NCBI GenBank assembly: GCA_046050355.1
Contig: JBJOPW010000005.1
Location: forward strand, 2,503 to 66,502
Direction of reading: 5' to 3'
Length of the DNA stretch: 64,000 nucleotides
Source of the DNA: Candidatus Parcubacteria bacterium
Lineage (GTDB): Bacteria > Patescibacteriota > Minisyncoccia > Phycocordibacterales > UBA918
The notes under the pieces are model-generated. The model was not told the origin of the DNA. It worked only from the letters and a program-made list of their open reading frames with translations, and did not search any database. This document shows positions 19,754 through 29,647 of the stretch, piece by piece (position 1 is the first letter of the stretch; every line of letters starts with the position of its first letter). A program made the position numbers and the translations under genes.

Positions 19754-20905
19754 TCATTTTCTCGCTATTAGTTCTTGAAACAAATCTTCGTACTCTTTAA
19801 CAATCCGTGTAATATCAAATTGGGCGGCCGTTGCCTTGGCATGAGTGGATACATCTTCCCATGCATCATCTGACAATCCAAAAAACCACTCAATTGTAGC
19901 ACACACCGATTCTGGCGTACGTTCGATGAGTCTCCCCTGTTGCCCGTCAACCACGATCTCATCAATTCCTGACACTAACGTCGAAGCAACCGGCACCCCA
20001 AAGGCAAAGGCTTCTATCGCTACGTTTGGAAACCCTTCGATATCAGAGGTAAGGAAAAATACCTTAGCCGTCGCAAAGAAGGTGTACACATCATTACGAT
20101 AACCCGTCAGAATCACACGATCCTCAAGACCGAGAGCTGACACATACGCCCGCAGATTCGCCTCTTCACTTCCAGCACTGACGATACATAAGACCACATC
20201 TGCGGTGGGATAAGCTTTACAGTAGAGCGCAAAACCATCAATAAGGAGACGGTGATTTTTGTGCTTTTTGAGACGAGCGACATTAAGGATAATCTTTGTC
20301 TCAGGTCGCCATCCGAATTCCGCTCGCAGTGCCGCTACTTTTGCCTCAGCATCGGTCGCCAAAAAGTCCTCCACCCGCTTGGTATCAATACCATTGTAGA
20401 TTACCGTGAACCACGACCGCGGAATCAGTGATTGTCGTGACGAAAAATCCGCCACTGTTTTGGATACGGCGACAATGCGGCTCGAAAAATAGGCGCCGAT
20501 ATGGTCACGGATTTTGTGGCGGAGACTCTTGTCTTCGTAGGTATTATGCTCACGCGCAATCACCTTGTACCCAACAAAGGGCCGTAGGTAGCGTACAAGC
20601 GTGTTGGCCGTCACCATACTTGATACCACAACCGCTGGTCGCAAACGACGCAGGAGTTGATAGAGACTCCAGATTGTCTTTATATCAAATCCGCCACGCC
20701 ATGATAACTCATGGACAGTGACGTACGACGGTAGTTGTTCATAGAGTGATTCCCTACCCGCATAGGTACAGAGTGTCACCACATGCACCATGAACTTGGT
20801 CGTATCAATCACTTTCATCTGCGCCAGAAATTGCCGTTCAATACCACCCGAGGCCACGAGACTCGGAAGTACATACACAATGACGCTACGGGTATCGGTG
20901 GTCAT
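19754..20905 (-). CDS. Glycosyltransferase family 4
   Basis: GGIER, VIYNGID and EGFPNVAIEAFAFGVPV motifs. Confidence 0.92.
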   Translation of the reverse strand: MTTDTRSVIVYVLPSLVASGGIERQFLAQMKVIDTTKFMVHVVTLCTYAGRESLYEQLPSYVTVHELSWRGGFDIKTIWSLYQLLRRLRPAVVVSSMVTANTLVRYLRPFVGYKVIAREHNTYEDKSLRHKIRDHIGAYFSSRIVAVSKTVADFSSRQSLIPRSWFTVIYNGIDTKRVEDFLATDAEAKVAALRAEFGWRPETKIILNVARLKKHKNHRLLIDGFALYCKAYPTADVVLCIVSAGSEEANLRAYVSALGLEDRVILTGYRNDVYTFFATAKVFFLTSDIEGFPNVAIEAFAFGVPVASTLVSGIDEIVVDGQQGRLIERTPESVCATIEWFFGLSDDAWEDVSTHAKATAAQFDITRIVKEYEDLFQELIARK

Positions 20906-20909
20906 ACTA

Positions 20910-21749
20910 CTAAGAAGATCGCTTCAAATACAGGAGCACATCTTGAAATTGTGGCGTGTGATTATACGGCAATGACTTCGTGTTCATTTGGTAAAGGTAT
21001 CCCGTTTCCTCAAAAGCTTTAAGGAATTCACCAAATTTTGATTCGTGGGTACCCATGAGGTGATGGTACTCAATCACGTACTGCTCCACTTTAGTCAGCC
21101 AGCCACTCTGCGTCAGGTCATGAAGGACTTGCCATTCTGCCCCTTCGATATCAATCTTAGCCAAATCAATCTGTGACCAGCCTGCCTGGTGTAGCAGTGT
21201 CGACAATCGCTCGGCTGGTACTTCTACTGCGACCGTCATCCCTTTGCGAGCATAGGTACTCATCTTGAGTGAGCCTTTTTTAGTTGGGTGCACGTAGAGG
21301 GTTAATTCACCTGGCTGGTCACCAATGGCGCCATGAAAGACAGTTACATCGGTGAGTTTATTTCGCTCAATATTTTTGCGCAGGAGTTCGACTGTGGCCG
21401 GATCGGGTTCGATAGCGAGTACCTGTGCCTCTGGATAGAGCCATTTGATAAACAAAGTCGCAATACCAATATTGGCACCAGCATCAACACAGTACGGAGT
21501 AGTACCTAGCTTCACGTTGTATTCCTGACGCAGAAATGTCTCTTCATAGAGAAATCGCAAGGTCGAGAGATCAAAGCCCTCAATCACAAATCCAGCACAG
21601 TAAATCCGACGCTGGCGCGTCAATGGCGAAAACGGTAAAGCGACCAGGATACAGAGATACCACCACAAAATGAGGATTTTTTGCCTCCTTGAAAGCGGTG
21701 CTTTAAAAAGGCTCGAAATAGAAATAAACGCATTAAAAAGAATACTCAT
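20910..21749 (-). CDS. FkbM-family methyltransferase
   Basis: VDAGANIG, AIEPDP and KIDIEGAE motifs. Confidence 0.9.
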   Translation of the reverse strand: MSILFNAFISISSLFKAPLSRRQKILILWWYLCILVALPFSPLTRQRRIYCAGFVIEGFDLSTLRFLYEETFLRQEYNVKLGTTPYCVDAGANIGIATLFIKWLYPEAQVLAIEPDPATVELLRKNIERNKLTDVTVFHGAIGDQPGELTLYVHPTKKGSLKMSTYARKGMTVAVEVPAERLSTLLHQAGWSQIDLAKIDIEGAEWQVLHDLTQSGWLTKVEQYVIEYHHLMGTHESKFGEFLKAFEETGYLYQMNTKSLPYNHTPQFQDVLLYLKRSS

Positions 21750-22774
21750 AGGGTGGCAAATAAATCGGTAAAAAAACGATCAGCGCGAAGTTTCGTTGTA
21801 AACGCCTGCCGGGCCTTTTGCTGCATACTCAGGAACTGCTCAGGAGAACATATATCCCAAAAATCACCAACAATTTTGTCTAACTGTGAAAGCTTATCGT
21901 GTGGCACTCGAATCATAAACGAATCATACTCAATCTCGGTGGCCCGTGGCAAGGGTGTGTCAGTATCGACAAATACTGGTATCCGACCAAGGGAGAGCAC
22001 TTCAAAGAATCGTAGCGAAAAATTTCCATCACCACGTACAACAAGCGAGAGGTCAGCCTCGGTAATTGATTCAACAAATTGCTGGCGAATCACGATTGGA
22101 TCTGCTTCCACTGTTTTGACGCTCCCGGAGTAGGATCCGCGCATGATAAAGCGTCCAGTTACGCGTTTGGCTTGATTTACATAATTTATTGCTTGTCGTC
22201 GGTAGTAGAGACCCTGCAGTGATGGCTGTGGTGCGCCCAGAAACCAGATGGCCAGTTTTGAGCACCAAATCTTTACTTGGTACTTGTATTCCTGCTTCCA
22301 ATCATTGAACCGCACCCAGCCAGCGAAGCCAATGGTTGGTACTGTCGCTACCTTCTCACGGTAGTGCACGCCAAACTGCTCACCAATATCCTCAACAAAA
22401 GCCGGCATAATGATTTCGTTTGATCGCAACTGTGACGAATAGGCTGACGAACGGATGATGATGGCATTATCAATTACAATCGGTTCTGCGCTATCCCCAT
22501 AGGCAAACACAAAGAGCTTGGCGCCAATCTGCTTGGCATAGGTCGCTGCTTCAGCTAGATAGGCAGCATCATGTTCAATCGCAAAATAATTATGCGGGAT
22601 CATTACGTATTTGGCTGACTCCCCTTCCTCCACAAAAGTAGCGAGTGCTTTAAATGGTGCTGTTTTGATCTGCTGAAAGAGACCGCCTTCGTACTCCTGT
22701 GTACTCTCCATCAATGTCAGCAGAATAGAATCTTTAATGCCGTCCTTGCGTCTAAAGATGTAAATGGGGACCAT
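21746..22774 (-). CDS. Exostosin-like (GT47) glycosyltransferase
   Basis: LSLVVRGDGNFSLRFFEVLSLGRIPV...TPLP resembles the exostosin C-terminal motif. Confidence 0.75.
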   Translation of the reverse strand: MVPIYIFRRKDGIKDSILLTLMESTQEYEGGLFQQIKTAPFKALATFVEEGESAKYVMIPHNYFAIEHDAAYLAEAATYAKQIGAKLFVFAYGDSAEPIVIDNAIIIRSSAYSSQLRSNEIIMPAFVEDIGEQFGVHYREKVATVPTIGFAGWVRFNDWKQEYKYQVKIWCSKLAIWFLGAPQPSLQGLYYRRQAINYVNQAKRVTGRFIMRGSYSGSVKTVEADPIVIRQQFVESITEADLSLVVRGDGNFSLRFFEVLSLGRIPVFVDTDTPLPRATEIEYDSFMIRVPHDKLSQLDKIVGDFWDICSPEQFLSMQQKARQAFTTKLRADRFFTDLFATL

Positions 22775-22776
22775 GT

Positions 22777-23430
22777 CTATTTTTTTACCGCCACCACCAT
22801 GTAGCCAAGCGGAAATTGTCGTGGGTAGAGCGGTCGATATTTGATCAACACACCATCAAGGACATAGGCTGGAACAAAAAACAGTGGTCGAATGATTTTT
22901 GGCATTGATAAGATGCACATATTGAGGGCGGCAATACAGACGCCACGACTGACTTCTTTGACTTCGGCCTCAAGTCCTAGCTCAACACACATTCGTTCAA
23001 GGGCGTCACGCGTATAGCGGTGGCAGTCTAAGAGTCCATCACTATGCCCCGGGTGATACATGTACAAAAATGGGACAAACATCACAAACTTTCCTTGTGG
23101 CTTTAGGATACGGACGAGTTCACCGAAGTGCCATTTGTAGTTGTAGATATGCTCAAGCACGTTCATCGAGAGTACCGTATCAAAACTCGCCGTCTCGTAC
23201 GGCAACGCATCGGTTTCAAAGTTGGTCGAGTCACCGGTGAGACGATCCATACTCACAAACTCGGCCCCTGGTTCTTTCACCATGAGCGCCTGGTAGTGTG
23301 GACTACTGCCAGCGCCAATATCAATCACCTTCCCCCGTACCGAAATCTTACGAACGGCGTTGTTAAAGAATGATCGTAGCACCGAGCGACCTTTAGTAAT
23401 TTCTTTGAGTAAAAACGTAAAATCTGACAT
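22777..23430 (-). CDS. SAM-dependent methyltransferase (type 11)
   Basis: VIDIGAG, FDTVLSMNVLEHI and RILKPQG motifs. Confidence 0.87.
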   Translation of the reverse strand: MSDFTFLLKEITKGRSVLRSFFNNAVRKISVRGKVIDIGAGSSPHYQALMVKEPGAEFVSMDRLTGDSTNFETDALPYETASFDTVLSMNVLEHIYNYKWHFGELVRILKPQGKFVMFVPFLYMYHPGHSDGLLDCHRYTRDALERMCVELGLEAEVKEVSRGVCIAALNMCILSMPKIIRPLFFVPAYVLDGVLIKYRPLYPRQFPLGYMVVAVKK

Positions 23431-23543
23431 GGCACTATAGTAGCATAGCTAAGAAAGTAAATGTATGTTGTCAGGAATCCTCACAAACAAGTCAAAAGCT
23501 ATTGCTATACAAGGGTTAAACTACGATCGAGATAAAAAGGTAA

Positions 23544-24182
23544 CTACTTCTTTTTTATCACCACAATGTATCCAAGTGGTAAAGTTTCAACCATCTTGAG
23601 ATAACGCTTTGAAAGAGCCGAAAAGAAACGGTCCAAACCTACGGCAATTTTTTTGCCGATATACCGGAGGGTTTTGGTAGGAATACCAGTAAATATTGAT
23701 TGGTACATGACCGAAAATAGGCCTTGCCCAGTAGCTTCAATAGAAACGAGGTCACAATCATAACGCTCAGCTAGGCGCTTATACACTGATGGGGTGTATC
23801 GCAGATAATCGTCTGGAGAACCGTGGATGTGGTGCATGAACGGTGTAGTAATGACAATGGTACCCCTTTGTTTCGTCACCCGTACCATTTCACTAAATGC
23901 GTTTTCATACAGCCATACATGCTCAAGTACATTCAGACAGACACAGTGATCATAAGAGCTGTCCTCAAACGGAAATGGTTTTTCTATATCAACAATAAAA
24001 TCCGGTTGGCAGCTTTCGTCGAAATTAATGACTGTAAAGGTATGTTCTCCAGAAATGATGTGGTGGTAGGCTGTGTTCTTGCCTCCACCAACATCTAATA
24101 TCTTCCCGTTCATGGTAAGCCGTTCCAGTGCCTTGTATTCTGCAGTACGGATAATTGAGTAATGGGGGGATATTTTATGCAT
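23544..24182 (-). CDS. SAM-dependent methyltransferase (type 11)
   Basis: ILDVGGG, CLNVLEHV and HGSPDDYLRYT motifs. Confidence 0.87.
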   Translation of the reverse strand: MHKISPHYSIIRTAEYKALERLTMNGKILDVGGGKNTAYHHIISGEHTFTVINFDESCQPDFIVDIEKPFPFEDSSYDHCVCLNVLEHVWLYENAFSEMVRVTKQRGTIVITTPFMHHIHGSPDDYLRYTPSVYKRLAERYDCDLVSIEATGQGLFSVMYQSIFTGIPTKTLRYIGKKIAVGLDRFFSALSKRYLKMVETLPLGYIVVIKKK

Positions 24183-24963
24183 AGATGGCTCTCATTATAT
24201 ATCGTTTTGGGTGTTTTGTTTGCGAAAATGAGACAGTCGATTCTTTAAATGTATTTTTATAGCTATCGAGTGTAATTCCCTGCAAAAGGTCAAGATGAAT
24301 CTCACCTACATATGTTTGTCCAAATAGCTTCGGGTCAATATCCAAAAGTGCATCCTCTCCTCCTTCAATATCAAATTTTATAATATCAAATCTATCAACT
24401 TGAGATAGTCGGCAGATATCAGCCAATGAGAATGTTTGTATATTCTCTGTATCAATTTGTGAAGTTCTCACTTTTAATGAGTGTCCCATCGGATTCTTAG
24501 TAAGCTGCAATTCCATCTCACCGGCTTCGGTAGCGAGTGCTCCTTGAATAATCTGTACATTGATATCTGCACTAAAATTTTTGCGCAAGTATTCTAGTGT
24601 TTTTGATGACGGCTCAACAACTACAATTTTTGCGTCTGGATAACGCTTGCGCCAGTAGAGTGCAGTATCTCCGATATGCCCCCCCAAATCTAAGATACTG
24701 GTAATGTCTTTACTTGTTTTGATTTCATAATCTTTATCAACAAATGCCTCAGCTAAACCAGCCACATCAAGTACATGCTTTAGTGTGAACAATTTCCGCT
24801 TACCAGAGACAGGTATATTTAGTGTGAAATCACCAAGATTCGATACATAAAACCTTGATATATAGAAATAACAAAGCTGACTGCTAAGTATTAGTGACTT
24901 AAAAATAGAGTGGTCTGATAACTCCCATGCTAGTTTCGGTATTGTGCTGATGATTGTCTTCAT
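24175..24963 (-). CDS. FkbM-family methyltransferase (AT-rich gene)
   Basis: LDLGGHIG, VVEPS and KFDIEGGE motifs. Start chosen at MKTIIS. Confidence 0.85.
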   Translation of the reverse strand: MKTIISTIPKLAWELSDHSIFKSLILSSQLCYFYISRFYVSNLGDFTLNIPVSGKRKLFTLKHVLDVAGLAEAFVDKDYEIKTSKDITSILDLGGHIGDTALYWRKRYPDAKIVVVEPSSKTLEYLRKNFSADINVQIIQGALATEAGEMELQLTKNPMGHSLKVRTSQIDTENIQTFSLADICRLSQVDRFDIIKFDIEGGEDALLDIDPKLFGQTYVGEIHLDLLQGITLDSYKNTFKESTVSFSQTKHPKRYIMRAIYA

Positions 24964-25034
24964 GATGTAATTTATCCTTTGTATAGTAGCAATTTTTAAA
25001 GTCACCGGCTAGGTTTTGCGTAGCAGGTGACGTG

Positions 25035-25082
25035 AAATTATAATTAAAACACCCCTATGAAAGGGTGTTTTAATTATAATTT
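25035..25082. terminator. 20-bp-stem inverted repeat, likely terminator
   Basis: aaattataattaaaacaccc-ctatgaaa-gggtgttttaattataattt, directly after the stop at 25090. Confidence 0.7.
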
Positions 25083-25089
25083 TCTTTAT

Positions 25090-26751
25090 CTACGGAAGTA
25101 TATACTCAATCTTCATATACGGATCAGTACTGGTTCCAGAAGCCTCGGATGATCTGAATCTAAAACCCGAATAGGTATACTGGCCGCCAGATATTTGATC
25201 ATTGCCAGCATCATGACCTTCTCGGAAACAAAGTTTTGTGTGTCCAATTTTGTCTATCCAACTTTTTCCGCTTGAATTAAGGCCGAAATTGACGTAGGCA
25301 TTGGCTGATATATTGTCTATATCAATTGTTGCAGCACCTGCGGTTGGATTATTTAAGGAATCTGAACACTGATCTATATCACCTACTACTATACTGCTCG
25401 CTGAACTCTGCATACCTTGATACAAGCCGATGTACCCAAAAGCATCATTGTCGCCGTTGTGAACTACGTTAGTATATACACTCGTTGACGCGTTGAGGAT
25501 TTCTGCATTGTCTGGAAGAGTCGACGTATCAAACACTAGAAATCCACGATAGATTGAAGTCCAAGAAGTTGGACTGCCAATGAATGAGAGCACCTCGACT
25601 TGAGAACCGGTGTAATCAACGTCTCTACCGGTTGTTGCCATCCGCTGACCGGCCCAATTATTTACTCCCCAAGGAGTGCCAAGGTGTCCGTCACCCGACG
25701 AGCCATAAATGACCGTCTGACTAGGTTGAATTCTAAATGTAGCAGTTGAGGTACTCCAATCACCTTCCACACCAAGCTGATCCCAAAACTTGATACGCCA
25801 ATAGTAATCATGACCAAAGCCAAGTGGACTGCCTGAGTAACTTATTTCTGAAGATTTGGTACCAGCTGATGTACTAGCCATAGTGGTTTTACCACTATCC
25901 CACAATAAAGCACCCGAAAAATTGGTAGATGAACTAACTTGAATTTGATAGTTTACAGCTTGATCAGATGGACTGTCACCGTAGTAAGCACTAAATTCGG
26001 GAGTCTTTTCATTTATTGTTGGATTCGTTTGATTTTCAACCTGAAGATTGTAAGCGGTTGGTTTTAAGGAATACTCAATTGTCATGTATGGATCAGTACT
26101 CGTCCCAGCGGCATCAGCTGATTTGAATCTAATACCTGAAAATGTAAATTGGCCCCCAGAGATTTGATCATTACTGACATCATGTCCTTCCCGTAGGCAA
26201 AGTTTTGTATACCCTGTTTTGTCAATCCAATTTTTTCCAGTTGAATTCAAATTGAAAGTGCCGTAAGTATTAACCGAGAAATTGTCTATATCAATGGTTG
26301 CAGCACCTGCGGTTGGGCTGTTTAGAGAATCTGAGCATTGATCAATGTCACCAACATCGATACTGCTCGCAGAGTTTTGCATTCCCTGATACAAGCCCAT
26401 ATATGCATTAGCATCATTGTCATCGTTATGGACAACATTAGTGTATACGCTTGTTGAAGCATTTAAGATTATAGCGTTGTCTGGTATCACGGAAGTATCA
26501 AACACTAGAAATCCTCGATAAATTGAGGTCCAGGATGATGGGCTGCCGATGAATGAGAGTACCTCGACTTGAGAACCGGTATAATCCACGTCTCTACCGG
26601 TTGTTGCCATCCGCTGCCCCACCCAATCATTGACACCCCAAGGAGTGCCGAGGTGACCATCGCCGGTTGAACCGTAGATGGTTATAGTCTCTGCGCTTAC
26701 ATGATTTATGAATAGAAAGAAAAAACAAAATATTATTAATATATTCTTCAT
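25090..26751 (-). CDS. Secreted protein with two near-identical ~205-aa beta-rich domains flanking an Fn3/rhamnosidase-N-like module
   Basis: Signal peptide; GDGHLGTPWGVN...RGFLVFDTS...DPYMxIEY occurs twice; central YQIQVS..LLWDSGK..YYWRIKFWD. Confidence 0.8.
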   Translation of the reverse strand: MKNILIIFCFFFLFINHVSAETITIYGSTGDGHLGTPWGVNDWVGQRMATTGRDVDYTGSQVEVLSFIGSPSSWTSIYRGFLVFDTSVIPDNAIILNASTSVYTNVVHNDDNDANAYMGLYQGMQNSASSIDVGDIDQCSDSLNSPTAGAATIDIDNFSVNTYGTFNLNSTGKNWIDKTGYTKLCLREGHDVSNDQISGGQFTFSGIRFKSADAAGTSTDPYMTIEYSLKPTAYNLQVENQTNPTINEKTPEFSAYYGDSPSDQAVNYQIQVSSSTNFSGALLWDSGKTTMASTSAGTKSSEISYSGSPLGFGHDYYWRIKFWDQLGVEGDWSTSTATFRIQPSQTVIYGSSGDGHLGTPWGVNNWAGQRMATTGRDVDYTGSQVEVLSFIGSPTSWTSIYRGFLVFDTSTLPDNAEILNASTSVYTNVVHNGDNDAFGYIGLYQGMQSSASSIVVGDIDQCSDSLNNPTAGAATIDIDNISANAYVNFGLNSSGKSWIDKIGHTKLCFREGHDAGNDQISGGQYTYSGFRFRSSEASGTSTDPYMKIEYILP

Positions 26752-26862
26752 AGGGTAAAGATAATCTAATAACTTTTACATCATTATAATAATCCTATTC
26801 TACCCCCCCCTACATAAATTCCACAATGAATACATCTGTATAGTCAATGAAATCAATATGCA

Positions 26863-27915
26863 TTAATAACTCCGCAAAATCTTTGCAATCAAATTTAAAA
26901 GGCTATGCTTCTGTTGCACCCTATCAGCAGCAACACGGGTAAAATTATTCTTGTCAAACAATGGTCGTTTGGTGAGCTCGAGGATATTGGCAACCAGTGC
27001 CTCACTGTCACCAGGGGCAAAAAAGAGTGGCCAATCGGTCTCTGTACCCATGATGTAGCGGTAGGAAGGGTTTGAGGAAACCACCGGCACCCCACAAGCC
27101 ACCGCTTCGACCAATACTTTATCAAGACTGTTAGTAACACCATCGTGAATAAATATATCGGTGCTAGCCAACAGTGCTGGTAATTCTGCCTGTGACGCTG
27201 GTCCATACCAGACTATATGACCAGAAAGACCAGAAGCAATCACCTGTTGTCGGAGCATTGCCTCGTACTGCTTTTCGCTTGGCGTGGTCGCTGCGCCCAC
27301 AATACGAAATGTAAATGGCACCCGTGCCTCTGCGAGCTTCGCGCAGGCGGCGATGAGTGTCTCAATTTGTTTTGACTGTGCAATGCGACCAACGATACAA
27401 AGGCGCAGGACCGGAGATGCAGTGCGTGGCGTATACACAAAGCGGCTCATATCAATTCCCTGCCCGGTCACCACCACTTTTTTTGACGGTAAACGAAAGC
27501 CTTGTGGCGTCGAGGTAAAGACAATATGCGTCAACTGTGTCGCGACCCGGAGTGATAGGGGCACCGCACCATGTGCATACCACAGACCAATACGCTTGCC
27601 CCAGAGTCGCCAAAGGAGGCCCCCAAGGACAACGTACAGCTGGTTCATATGGACAAACACCCCATCGTATTCGTGTCGAAGCGCAAAGATAGAGCGGTAG
27701 AACCGCCAGAGGTATTTGAGGCGGTTCTCACCGGCTTCTTTACCGAGTGAATGCACAGTGACATTCGCGGGCAGCTGGTACTCGCCTACTGACAGCGCGA
27801 TGACATGTACCTGTTCGCAGTTTTTGGCGAACTCCTCTATCCAACGATGAAAGAAACCAAGAATCGGATGATTGGTGTCGACCACCTGCGTGATAATGAG
27901 AAGTCTTTTTTGCAT
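26863..27915 (-). CDS. Glycosyltransferase family 4
   Basis: VGRIAQSK and SLDKVLVEAVACGVPVV motifs. Confidence 0.9.
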   Translation of the reverse strand: MQKRLLIITQVVDTNHPILGFFHRWIEEFAKNCEQVHVIALSVGEYQLPANVTVHSLGKEAGENRLKYLWRFYRSIFALRHEYDGVFVHMNQLYVVLGGLLWRLWGKRIGLWYAHGAVPLSLRVATQLTHIVFTSTPQGFRLPSKKVVVTGQGIDMSRFVYTPRTASPVLRLCIVGRIAQSKQIETLIAACAKLAEARVPFTFRIVGAATTPSEKQYEAMLRQQVIASGLSGHIVWYGPASQAELPALLASTDIFIHDGVTNSLDKVLVEAVACGVPVVSSNPSYRYIMGTETDWPLFFAPGDSEALVANILELTKRPLFDKNNFTRVAADRVQQKHSLLNLIAKILRSY

Positions 27916-27924
27916 ACATTAATG

Positions 27925-27952
27925 TTGACAATGAGTGGCTTTTTGCTATTAT
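27925..27952 (+). promoter_or_regulatory. Sigma70-type promoter firing antisense into the 3' end of the NYN gene
   Basis: TTGACA-N16-TATTAT with an extended TG; no credible plus-strand gene follows. Confidence 0.5.
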
Positions 27953-27966
27953 ATAGATATCACAAC

Positions 27967-28008
27967 AAAAAGTCCCCTGCCGGGTTCCGTCCCGTCAGGG
28001 TCCTTTTT
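27967..28008. terminator. Hairpin at the NYN stop codon, possibly bidirectional
   Basis: aaaaag-tc-ccctg...caggg-tc-cttttt. Confidence 0.55.
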
Positions 28009-28498
28009 ATTTTCTCCCAATTTTATTTCGTAAACCATTCATAAACATAATATGTTTCTGTGCAAATCTTTTTAAAAGCGCAGAGTAGCGATGTTGATTA
28101 GGTACCAAAACCGCCAGCAATTTTGATTGAGAAAGCAAGTGTTGTACTAAGCAGTAAAAGTCTCCATCACCCGTAACAATGATTGCCTGATCAAAATTGT
28201 TATATTGCAGCATAGTATGGAGTACTAATTCTGCATCACAATTTCCTTTTGTGGTGCCATTTTTGTACTGAAGCGTGGGTTTAAAAATGCAAACAAACCC
28301 AGCTTCTTGTAATCTGGTATAGACAGCATTGTTACCTTCTATATACCCGATGAACAAAAAGGCTTTTTCTATATTGTATTTTTCTTTGAGGTACACTCTG
28401 AACCTCGCCCAGTCAAGAGACCATCCTTGGGCAGTAATGGCCAAATGTACATTCTGTGCATCAATGAACGCATAGTTATTTTTTGTAACTGATTGCAT
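28007..28498 (-). CDS. NYN (LabA/DUF88) PIN-like RNase domain protein
   Basis: AFIDAQN, KGNCDAELVL and VTGDGDF acidic catalytic motifs. Confidence 0.9.
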   Translation of the reverse strand: MQSVTKNNYAFIDAQNVHLAITAQGWSLDWARFRVYLKEKYNIEKAFLFIGYIEGNNAVYTRLQEAGFVCIFKPTLQYKNGTTKGNCDAELVLHTMLQYNNFDQAIIVTGDGDFYCLVQHLLSQSKLLAVLVPNQHRYSALLKRFAQKHIMFMNGLRNKIGRK

Positions 28499-28511
28499 AT
28501 TCTATATACTA

Positions 28512-29642
28512 TCACTTTGAAGTGGTGATAAGTCGCCAAAGCTCGACAATACGATTGGCGTACGCTTCGTCACTGGTAGCGAGGGTGGAGGCCGTAGTGA
28601 GTCCAGCCGTACTGAGGCGCTGCCGTAGGTCAGCATCGGCCACGAGCCTCGTGAGCGCTGCGACGAGGGCGGCTTCGTCTCGTGGCGGCACCACGAGCGC
28701 TTCTTTATCAGGCAGACAGAGTTCTCCGACACATCCTACGTCAGTCGTCACAATGGCGAGTCCCGCCGCCATCGCTTCGCCGAGGACCATCGCATACCCT
28801 TCGTAGTCGGAAGTGAGGGCAAAGATATCAGCGGCTTTCATCACCGAAGCAATATCGGCCTGCCAGGGATAAAATAGTACCGGAGCAGCGCTTGGCCAAA
28901 GTCTTGCCACTTGTGCACGCAGCGAGGTTTCTTCACTCCCCTCACCGACGAGGATCAACTGACTCTGCGGCTGCTGTTGGTGGACTTGCTTAAAAGCATT
29001 AATAAGCAGGGGGAGATTTTTCTCGCGAGAAAAGCGAGCGACCGCGATAATCGTGACCTTATTCTGGTCAGGCCAAAGTGGTCGGGGGCTCGCGGTTTGA
29101 AAGGCCTCAAGCGACGTCACAATCGGCAGTACCGTGAGACGATGACGAGACACACCACGCGTAATGAGCGAACTAGCGATACGCTTTGAGACCACCCGCA
29201 CACCCGTCGCTCGACGGAGAACAAACAGTCCCAGTCCCGCTCGTAATCGATTCCCCCAGGATTCGAGTCGCCAATAATCTCGACTATAAAAATCGCCGTG
29301 TACTTGGACTTCAAGTGGGACACCCGTGAGTAATCGGACCACGAGTCCAATGAGCCCAAACTCAAACGGGCTCTGGACGGTGAGCAGGGTCGGTCCAGCT
29401 TTTTGGCTCTGCTTGACTTGCCGGAGCGTCGCCAAGAATAGACGCCAGAATCGCAGGAGCGGGCTCGTCGCAGAGATCGGTAGTACCGAGAGTCCAGACA
29501 CTTGTACCGGCACCAATGGTTCTTTGACTGGTATCAGAATCGTGAGCTGCTGTATCATTGTGGCATACGAAAGTTGCCGCGCGTACGGGCGCGAGGTGGT
29601 ATCAAGTATCTTTGTATCGTGACCGAGGGAGACAACGTACAT
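28512..29642 (-). CDS. Glycosyltransferase family 4
   Basis: VARFSREKN and YEGYAMVLGEAMAAG motifs. Confidence 0.9.
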   Translation of the reverse strand: MYVVSLGHDTKILDTTSRPYARQLSYATMIQQLTILIPVKEPLVPVQVSGLSVLPISATSPLLRFWRLFLATLRQVKQSQKAGPTLLTVQSPFEFGLIGLVVRLLTGVPLEVQVHGDFYSRDYWRLESWGNRLRAGLGLFVLRRATGVRVVSKRIASSLITRGVSRHRLTVLPIVTSLEAFQTASPRPLWPDQNKVTIIAVARFSREKNLPLLINAFKQVHQQQPQSQLILVGEGSEETSLRAQVARLWPSAAPVLFYPWQADIASVMKAADIFALTSDYEGYAMVLGEAMAAGLAIVTTDVGCVGELCLPDKEALVVPPRDEAALVAALTRLVADADLRQRLSTAGLTTASTLATSDEAYANRIVELWRLITTSK

Positions 29643-29647
29643 ACTGG

